Source: Candidatus Krumholzibacteriota bacterium (GTDB lineage Bacteria; Krumholzibacteriota; Krumholzibacteriia; LZORAL124-64-63). From it: a DNA stretch of 13,722 bases. The translations under genes were made by a program, and so were the position numbers. The stretch is from assembly GCA_039714075.1 (NCBI GenBank), contig JBDLKA010000089.1, forward strand, positions 1-13,722, given 5' to 3'. Positions 8,701 to 13,722 of the stretch are shown piece by piece. Under the pieces are notes generated by a model that saw nothing but the letters and a program-made list of their open reading frames with translations, was not told where the DNA came from and did no database searches. Each line of letters opens with the position of its first letter. The stretch's first letter is position 1.

Positions 8701-9540
8701 GGCGCCGGTTCGGTGGACATTTTCCTGGCCAACGGCGAGACCGAGGCGGTCTTCTACGTGCAGGCCCTCGAAGGCGCGGCCGGCAATACGATCGCTGTCG
8801 TCGCCGGCGCGCCGACCTTCTCCGACGGGAATCAGAACGTCGACATGGTGGCGCCGGGCACGGCCATCACCCTGCTGGCCGATTCGATGGACGTGAACGT
8901 GGACGACGACGAATTCGTGATCCAGATCGGCGCTGTCAGCGTGGACGGGACGGGAATTTTCGAGACCCAGCCCATTCGCGGGGGCGGTGCGGCGCGCACC
9001 CTCACCGTCTACAGCAGTCTGGAATCGGTCGCCCTGATCGAGACCAGTTCGACCAGCGACGACACCGCGACCGTCACCCTCGACCCCGGTGAATTCCAGA
9101 CGCCGGGCACGGTGGCCGGTGGTGGGGTGGCCTTCAACCCCGTGCTGGGCGGCGAGGTCGTGGTGTCGGCTTCGATTCCCGGCTTCACAACCACTGCTGC
9201 GGGGATGCCGACCATCACGGTCACCGGCGAAGTGGTTGGGGTGGGCGATGTCGTGCGGTTGGTGAATCTGCTCGCACAGAACTACCCCAACCCGTTCAAT
9301 CCGCGGACGACCATTGCCTTCAGCCTGGCCCGGTCCGGGCCGGTGACGCTGAAGGTCTATGATATCGCCGGGCGTGTGGTGCGGACCTTCCATGCGGGCG
9401 AAGTGCTGTCGCCGGGGGCCCATGAAGCGGTGTGGGCCGGACGCAACGATCAGGGCTCGGGTGTGGCGGCCGGCGTATATCTCTACAGGCTGGAAACTCC
9501 CGATTATCAGGCAGTCAAGCGTATGACCCTGATCAAATAG
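5713..9540 (+). CDS. Large secreted protein with five tandem ~229-aa beta-rich repeats and a C-terminal FlgD-Ig/T9SS-CTD-like domain
   Basis: Signal peptide ending AQA|Q and AAGGA RBS. Thr/Val/Gly/Ser-rich repeats. C-terminal LAQNYPNPFNPRTTIAFSL...LKVYDIAGRVVRT...WAGRNDQGSGVAAGVYLYRL...KRMTLIK. Confidence 0.9.
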   Translation: MLRRQKLFCLAILALAAGLAAVDTAQAQTISYYSFYDKVGSGLQTAKWRALLSDTQHGGITVHIESPDTNLVLVTADENVPGAAFADVFVPNGDSFAEFYLQALEDTTGTVDVTASAPGFTDAVRAVDVLVPSLHLVGLVTTIDPFAPDDAFFVSVGLANAGNTNLSAHQKVRVGGPGLTATFTSSDVAVAELVTTALTAQVVSVAIAPGESNSPTSVAAGGVALDGLSAGTVDIDAAIPGFIPTTSIPKTVTVTAPVVTWTSLPTSIGSGLQVNTRYVRVSGSQHGGVTVHVAVGDSNAILVAPDANTVGSSSIDLFIPDGLAYATFSVQVLEGVTGDFAITGDAPGFAQGYTTVTAAPPFFRFSGLETSIDTLDPVDPFVISIGLPNGSLTGLSQYQDARTGGAGITATVFSSDEAVGLLETSTTLDDTAVVYIAPGDFSSPNSVATGGVAMDGIAVGTTQVTASLPGFAPVTTGIVDVTVTQPSINLISFHTTIGAGLETGKNWVSLGASQHGGVTVHIESLNPALVLVSSHADSVGTPWIDIFAPNGTTSLGFWMHALEDTVGTATIQATSPLFLPDSDPTNVVRPALRLNGLNPSVDTIDPDDAFYVSIGYPNPGFTSITNQDVRPGSAGFEVDLTLDDPVVGRFVTLADTGDSLTLTIPAGANITPGTVATGGVAFDGLSAGVTQVEVSSPRADQITTSFKTVTVTAPTISSSITSKVGAGLQINGYALLSATNHGGVTVSITSNDPALLLLATGNLDPGQASINVFVPNGTPSVPFWVQGVDGTVGMADFQISAPQFVATADSIEVVQPGVEIVSLGATIDVSDAPDQFYARVGVPEVGNASVQAGFEQERRGGEPPLVVTLISSAGAVAELAASPANDDTVTVQIVSGSKTSPMTIGAGGTGLIGLSSGQTIVTAAIPGFIQTGDAQVVVDVTNQTIALNGLTTRLGAGLQSEAVSAELGESGHGGVTVHVETPDSTLVLISTNALVAGAGSVDIFLANGETEAVFYVQALEGAAGNTIAVVAGAPTFSDGNQNVDMVAPGTAITLLADSMDVNVDDDEFVIQIGAVSVDGTGIFETQPIRGGGAARTLTVYSSLESVALIETSSTSDDTATVTLDPGEFQTPGTVAGGGVAFNPVLGGEVVVSASIPGFTTTAAGMPTITVTGEVVGVGDVVRLVNLLAQNYPNPFNPRTTIAFSLARSGPVTLKVYDIAGRVVRTFHAGEVLSPGAHEAVWAGRNDQGSGVAAGVYLYRLETPDYQAVKRMTLIK
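5797..9231 (+). repeat. Five protein-level tandem repeat units, starting at about 5797, 6484, 7171, 7855 and 8542
   Basis: The His codons of the HGG[IV]TV motif lie at 5881, 6568, 7255, 7933 and 8626, spacings of 687, 687, 678 and 693 nt. Each is preceded by [VIL]G[SA]GL[QE]. Confidence 0.92.
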
Positions 9541-9558
9541 CTGTTTATTCCCGTCCCG

Positions 9559-9602
9559 GGGTCGCAGTGAATGAAAGAAGCATTCATTATTCATTGCGAC
9601 CC
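9559..9602. promoter_or_regulatory. Inverted repeat between the large secreted protein gene and sodB (terminator and/or operator)
   Basis: GGGTCGCAGTGAAT (9559-9572) pairs with ATTCATTGCGACCC (9589-9602): 14 bp with one G-T. A nested AATGAA-N7-TTCATT lies at 9570-9588. No U-tract follows. Confidence 0.55.
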
Positions 9603-9622
9603 GGCGACTCTGTATTTATCCT
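9594..9622 (+). promoter_or_regulatory. Putative sigma70-type promoter for sodB
   Basis: TTGCGA (9594-9599), 17-nt spacer, TATCCT (9617-9622), 64 nt upstream of the ATG. Confidence 0.45.
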
Positions 9623-9686
9623 GCCTCCAAGCGAATTGAACATCCCGGCGCGAACGCGCCCCATTCCAAAACAAGGAGAACCCCTC

Positions 9687-10268
9687 ATGGCACACGAACT
9701 GCCTGATCTTCCCTACGCCAAGGACGCGCTGGAGCCCCACATCTCGGCCGAGACGCTGGATTTCCACCACGACAAGCACCACGCGGCCTACGTGAACAAC
9801 CTGAACAACCTGGTCCCCGGCACCGAGTTCGAAAACCTCTCGCTGGAGGACATCGTGAAGAACGCCCCGGCCGGCGGCATCTTCAACAACGCGGCCCAGG
9901 TCTGGAACCACACTTTCTACTTCAACGGGATGGGCCCGGGCTGCGGCGGCGACCCCACCGGTGCGATCGCCGGCGCCATCAACGACGCCTTCGGCTCGTT
10001 CAACGACTTCAAGGAGCAGTTCAGCAAGTCGGCCGCGACCAACTTCGGCAGCGGCTGGACCTGGCTGGTCAAGAACGCTTCCGGCGGCCTGGAAATCGTC
10101 AACACCGACGACGCGGACAGCGCCCTGAAAACGGGTACGCCCCTGCTGACCATCGACGTGTGGGAGCACGCCTACTACGTGGACAAGCGCAACGCGCGGC
10201 CCGCCTACATCGAGTCGTGGTGGAACCTGGTGAACTGGGATTTCGTGAACGCGAACTTCGGCGGCTAG
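9687..10268 (+). CDS. sodB: Superoxide dismutase, Fe-type
   Basis: LPYAKDALEPHIS, HHDKHHAAYVNNLN, FNNAAQVWNHTFYF (the AAQ signature of Fe-SODs), FGSGWTWLV and DVWEHAYY. AAGGAG RBS; 193 aa. Confidence 0.96.
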   Translation: MAHELPDLPYAKDALEPHISAETLDFHHDKHHAAYVNNLNNLVPGTEFENLSLEDIVKNAPAGGIFNNAAQVWNHTFYFNGMGPGCGGDPTGAIAGAINDAFGSFNDFKEQFSKSAATNFGSGWTWLVKNASGGLEIVNTDDADSALKTGTPLLTIDVWEHAYYVDKRNARPAYIESWWNLVNWDFVNANFGG

Positions 10269-10290
10269 GTTTTTCGTTCGACTGACGGAC

Positions 10291-10319
10291 AAGGCCCCCT
10301 TCATCGCGAAGGGGGCCTT
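10291..10319. terminator. Intrinsic terminator hairpin between convergent genes, likely bidirectional
   Basis: AAGGCCCCCTTC-ATCGC-GAAGGGGGCCTT, a perfect 12-bp stem between the sodB stop (10268) and the convergent stop (10323). Confidence 0.85.
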
Positions 10320-10322
10320 CTT

Positions 10323-11276
10323 CTATTCCAGCCGGATGTTGTCTATCTCGATAGCCACGGGTTCCTTGGGTTTGGCGAAGTAGAAGATGAGCCGGTCCAT
10401 CTCCAACAGGTTCAGGTTGCGGTCGCTGTTCCACAACTGGCGGCCTGTGATCGGCATGGAGATGGTGCGCCACGAACCGGTGGCGGTGAAGGATTGGGAA
10501 GTCCAGATCATTTCCTTGATGCCTTCGTAGTCGTCGAGCCGCAGACCGAACCGGGCGGTGTCGGCAGGGCCTTCGACCAGGCGGACATCCGCCTTCAGTT
10601 GAGTGTAGCCGGACCAGTCCTCGGGAAAACGCCGCATGGCCGCGCCGGGCCAGTGGGATTCCGTGTCCCCGTACAGCCGGAGCACTGTTCCGGGGCCTGC
10701 GGGCGTATCCTCGATCCGCCGATAGGTGAGTTTCCCCTCCATGTTCGCCGCCCACAGGTAGCGGTCGCCGTAGGTCTCGAAGTCCGCCACGAGGGGGAAG
10801 ATGTCGCGGGCCCGGTAGGTGGCCGAGATTCGCCAGGGCAGATAGTACAGCTGTACCGGGATGCTGAGCAGCAGGATCAGGAACACCCATTTGCCGGCCT
10901 GGCGCCCGTGTCCCCTCCACAGGATGTAACTGACCACCAGCCCGATGCCGACCAGATCCAGGACGAAATCCTTGAACAGCGCCTGGCGGTCGACCAGAAG
11001 CTGCAGCAGTTCCACGGCGCCGCCCATGATCGCGCTCACCGTTGCCGCGCGCCGCAGGCGTCCCTGCAGGGGGCCGAACCAGTAGAGAAGCAGGGTGATG
11101 CCGCCGAACAGGAAAATATGCACCTGGTCGCCGATGGGCGAGATGACCGGATGGTGGTTCAGCGACCGGGGGATGGTAATGAAGAACGGGAACAGGAGCA
11201 GCACCATCAGGAAGATCCAGACCACCCGGCGGCGCAGGAATCCCGGAGCGGCGACGGCGGGCTCGGGACGCGTCAT
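10323..11276 (-). CDS. VanZ-like membrane domain fused to a C-terminal carbohydrate-binding-like beta-sandwich
   Basis: ATG 11276 overlaps the GT2 stop (TGATG). VanZ-like motifs GDQVHIFLFG and VELLQLLVDRQALFKDFVLDLVG. C-terminal LVADFET, DWSGYTQL, WRTISMPI and IEIDNIRLE resemble galactose-binding/CBM11-like domains. 317 aa. Confidence 0.8.
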   Translation of the reverse strand: MTRPEPAVAAPGFLRRRVVWIFLMVLLLFPFFITIPRSLNHHPVISPIGDQVHIFLFGGITLLLYWFGPLQGRLRRAATVSAIMGGAVELLQLLVDRQALFKDFVLDLVGIGLVVSYILWRGHGRQAGKWVFLILLLSIPVQLYYLPWRISATYRARDIFPLVADFETYGDRYLWAANMEGKLTYRRIEDTPAGPGTVLRLYGDTESHWPGAAMRRFPEDWSGYTQLKADVRLVEGPADTARFGLRLDDYEGIKEMIWTSQSFTATGSWRTISMPITGRQLWNSDRNLNLLEMDRLIFYFAKPKEPVAIEIDNIRLE

Positions 11277-12436
11277 CAGACCCTCGGTTTCCAGGTGACC
11301 TGCTTGCGCCCCTGCAGGAACTGCCAGAAGGCGCGGGCGCTGGCCAGGTTCAATACGCACAGGTAGTAGATCAATCCGACCAGGCGCGGCGGCTGCTGGC
11401 CGTGGCTGTTCATGGTCTGGCCGTAGCGGGCCATGGTGTAGAAGAAGGCCTGGCCGAGCAACAGCAGACTCCAGAAGGGAGAATATTCCGGGCCGAACAT
11501 GAGCGCCAGGTTGCTGGCCAGGGCCCCGGCGAAAAACAAAAACGCCATGTAGCGCAGCAGCTTGTGCGACCACAGCTGCCAGGCGAACAGGCCGTAGGCA
11601 AAGGGATTCAACAGCGCGGCCTTGTCCTTGAGGGCGTGGAAGGCGCGTAGCGATACGCGCACTCGCATGCGGAATTCGTCGTCGGCTTCGGCCAGGGCGT
11701 CTTCATACAACAGCGCGCGCGGCTCGTAGACCACGCGGTAGCCCTGCTCGCGCACGGCCAGCGGCTGCACGAAATCCGGCAGCTGATCGGCGTTCATGGG
11801 GCGATAGATTTCCCGGCGCATGGCGTCCACGCCGCCGTCGACGCCCACGATGGAACCCAGGTCGGTTTCCCAGGCCCGCAGGTTGTTTTCGTACCGCATG
11901 TAGGCCGAGCAGCCCTCGCCGGTCAACGAACCGTCGGGCGCTTTGTAGACCATGCGGCCGGTCACGTAGCCCACCTTGGGATCGGCCAGGGGCGCCACCA
12001 GGTTTTTGAGGGTGTCCGGCGCGTACAGCGAGTTGGCGTCGCTGAAGACGATGACCTCGCCGGTCGCCTCGGGCATGGCCAGGTTCAGGGCGCTGGTCTT
12101 GCCGGCGCGTGGTTCCTGGCGGATCAACCGGACGCGGGGATTGTCGATTCCGGTGACGATGCCGTCGGTGCCGTCGTCCGACTCGTCGGACACCACGATG
12201 ATGTTGAGTTTGTCGGCCGGATAATCCTGGGTGAGCTTGTTGCGGACCGTGGCTTCGATGTGGGCCGCTTCATTGTAGGCGGCGATCAGCACGGTGACCG
12301 AAGGCAGATGTTCGCCCGGTTCAGCGGACCAGACCCGGTGGCGCACCAGGCTGCCCAGCAGGCGGGCAAGCAAAGGGTAGCCGGCGTATATGTACACCAG
12401 CATCAGGACGCAGATGAAGAAGATCGTGCTCAGCAA
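11276..12436 (-). CDS. Glycosyltransferase family 2 (CESA-like, PgaC/IcaA-related)
   Basis: N-terminal TM with YIYAGYP; PSVTVLIAAYNE, VVSDESDDGT, GKTSALN, VFSDAN, EFRMRVRV and WSHKLLRY; C-terminal TMs. The TTG start has only a weak RBS, so it is uncertain. Confidence 0.93.
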   Translation of the reverse strand: MLSTIFFICVLMLVYIYAGYPLLARLLGSLVRHRVWSAEPGEHLPSVTVLIAAYNEAAHIEATVRNKLTQDYPADKLNIIVVSDESDDGTDGIVTGIDNPRVRLIRQEPRAGKTSALNLAMPEATGEVIVFSDANSLYAPDTLKNLVAPLADPKVGYVTGRMVYKAPDGSLTGEGCSAYMRYENNLRAWETDLGSIVGVDGGVDAMRREIYRPMNADQLPDFVQPLAVREQGYRVVYEPRALLYEDALAEADDEFRMRVRVSLRAFHALKDKAALLNPFAYGLFAWQLWSHKLLRYMAFLFFAGALASNLALMFGPEYSPFWSLLLLGQAFFYTMARYGQTMNSHGQQPPRLVGLIYYLCVLNLASARAFWQFLQGRKQVTWKPRV

Positions 12437-12530
12437 TTCGGGACCCGCCGCATGAAAGATGAATGATCCGAATACTTAAGCATGTCATAAAACTCCACCC
12501 ACGGGAAGCCGACATTGGAAATCCGGCTAA

Positions 12531-12559
12531 TTGAAAACATTTGGCCAATATGATATGGT
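12531..12559 (+). promoter_or_regulatory. Putative sigma70-type promoter with extended -10
   Basis: TTGAAA (12531-12536), 17-nt spacer, TATGGT (12554-12559) preceded by TG at 12551-12552, 50 nt upstream of ATG 12610. Confidence 0.5.
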
Positions 12560-12609
12560 CAGGATTATTAGATGGATATATTACCAATTTAAATCCAGGA
12601 GGCCCCAGA

Positions 12610-13215
12610 ATGAAAAGAATTTCGTTTTTCGTGATTTTGTGGGCTCTTTTCCACTGTGCTGCGGCCATGGCAGTCGTTGATTCGCGACCTGACCGGATTG
12701 GAGTCTACTTCGATCCCGATGCGAATCGAGGGAACATTCTTGTCGGTCAAGACACTCCCTTTAATGTCTATGTCATTATCATCAACCCGTCAGATACGGT
12801 GATCTCAGGATTTGAGTTCGGGTACCAGTTTTCAGGGTTTGGATTATCCGGGCTTATTCGGCTCAGCAATGACCTACCCCCGGGTGCGACCGATACTGGA
12901 GACAATTCGGGAATACTGGAGGGAGATTATTCGGTTCTTCTGGATACTCCACTGCCGGTGGCCCCAGCCGTTGTGGTCACCACGTGGCATTTAATGTATA
13001 GGGGAATATTGGAAGCGTTTATTACACTCAAGGCGTCAGACGATCCAACCCTCAACGATGGTTTTCCAGCCTACTTTGGGGAAAGTTCGGTCAATTCATT
13101 GGCATATTCGTTCTGGGCTTGTGGAGTGGAAAGAGGCGGGGCCGTCATCAATGAGACCTGTCCCACGGCGACCGAGGCTGCCGGCTTCGGGAGCGTGAAG
13201 AGTTTGTTTCGTTAG
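12610..13215 (+). CDS. Secreted hypothetical protein with short C-terminal motif PTATEAAGFGSVKSLFR
   Basis: AGGAGG at 12597-12602 precedes ATG 12610. Signal peptide MKRISFFVILWALFHCAAAMA; beta-rich body starting DRIGVYFDPDA; 201 aa. Confidence 0.85.
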   Translation: MKRISFFVILWALFHCAAAMAVVDSRPDRIGVYFDPDANRGNILVGQDTPFNVYVIIINPSDTVISGFEFGYQFSGFGLSGLIRLSNDLPPGATDTGDNSGILEGDYSVLLDTPLPVAPAVVVTTWHLMYRGILEAFITLKASDDPTLNDGFPAYFGESSVNSLAYSFWACGVERGGAVINETCPTATEAAGFGSVKSLFR

Positions 13216-13256
13216 GGAGGTCCCTTCGAAATAGTGTCTTCCACTTTATAGGGTTC

Positions 13257-13303
13257 AAACATCAAAAGGAGGTGCCCCCGGGGACACCTCCTTTTGATGT
13301 TTT
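13257..13303. terminator. Bidirectional intrinsic terminator
   Basis: AAACATCAAAAGGAGGTG (13257-13274) pairs perfectly with CACCTCCTTTTGATGTTT (13285-13302), giving T-tracts on both strands. It lies between convergent genes. Confidence 0.9.
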
Positions 13304-13371
13304 GTCATTGTCGCCACCATGACCGGCAATCAATCGCCGGACACAATTTCGAAGGCACAACCGACCATTGA

Positions 13372-13722
13372 TTACCCCGGTAACCGGTCCGAAGCGATGC
13401 CCGCCGACTGCAACAGGGCGGCCGCGGCCGCGCTGAGATACCGGCCGCGGGGCAGGACGAATCCGTACCCCAGCCGGCCGAACAATTCCGAGACGGGGAT
13501 GACGTGGAGATCGGGGTCGCGTTCAGGACCGGCCACCAGACCGGACACGATGCCCACGCCCAGTCCGATCTTGACGAACTCGAGCAGGGCCTGCGATCCG
13601 CCCACGGAGATGGGCACCTGGGGCTGGAGGCTCTCCTGATCGAAGACACGGTCGAGCCTCTGGCGGATGGCGGTCCCTTTTTCGTACAAAACGAGGGGTT
13701 TTGCGGCCAGTTCCGCCAGGGT
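13372..13722 (-). CDS. LysR-family transcriptional regulator, C-terminal substrate-binding domain (5'-truncated by window edge)
   Basis: Frame is open to the window end: TLAELAAKPLVLYEKGTAIRQRLDRVFDQESLQP...ALLEFVKIGLGVGIVS...GFVLPRGRYLSAAAAALL, a typical LysR C-terminal pattern that resembles CysB/Cbl. Confidence 0.88.
   Translation of the reverse strand, partial: TLAELAAKPLVLYEKGTAIRQRLDRVFDQESLQPQVPISVGGSQALLEFVKIGLGVGIVSGLVAGPERDPDLHVIPVSELFGRLGYGFVLPRGRYLSAAAAALLQSAGIASDRLPG

Noticed and set aside
5797..9231. CRISPR array, DGR or DNA-level tandem repeat
   Set aside because: The periodicity is at protein level with diverged codons. There are no identical short repeats with spacers, no cas or reverse transcriptase gene, and no adenine-specific variant pair.
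7180..9594. 804-aa minus-strand ORF
   Set aside because: It is in codon register antisense to the 1275-aa gene, is Arg/His/Gly-rich and has no motifs. This is the usual shadow ORF of a GC-rich gene.
9591..10304. 237-aa ORF antisense to sodB, and the 9432 upstream extension of sodB
   Set aside because: The first is an antisense shadow. For the second, SOD homology and the AAGGAG RBS place the start at 9687.
11277..11573. N-terminal extension of the VanZ-like ORF (416-aa version)
   Set aside because: It overlaps the GT2 coding region; the TGATG coupling at 11276 gives a better start.
13257..13303. Inverted repeat as IS/MITE end or RBS-bearing element (contains AGGAGGTG)
   Set aside because: No transposase or target duplication, and no convincing ORF follows. 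Position and T-tracts fit a bidirectional terminator.
13305..13649. ORFs 13305..13649 (-) and 13319..13639 (+)
   Set aside because: Shadows of the LysR C-terminal coding frame.

Overview
GC-rich bacterial window with 15 supportable CDSs, two of them truncated by the window edges. In order: DUF1648-like membrane protein (partial), STAS anti-anti-sigma factor, nhaA, a secreted protein, a Cys-rich lipoprotein, yciH/SUI1, an ABM monooxygenase, a cupin, a SAM methyltransferase, a 1275-aa secreted repeat protein, Fe-type sodB, a VanZ-like/carbohydrate-binding fusion, a GT2 glycosyltransferase, a low-GC secreted protein and a LysR regulator (partial). I found no RNA genes, CRISPR arrays or mobile elements. 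The most interesting signals concern the cell envelope. (1) The 1275-aa protein consists of five ~229-aa tandem repeats with an invariant HGG motif, followed by a QNYPNPFNP FlgD-Ig/T9SS-CTD-like tail. (2) The 201-aa secreted protein ends in PTATEAAGFGSVKSLFR, a candidate short C-terminal sorting signal. These two tail types suggest an FCB-related lineage such as Ca. Krumholzibacteriota/Latescibacterota (inference from recalled patterns, not from a search). Non-coding candidates include an inverted repeat overlapping a putative sodB -35 box and a perfect 16-bp palindrome upstream of nhaA.
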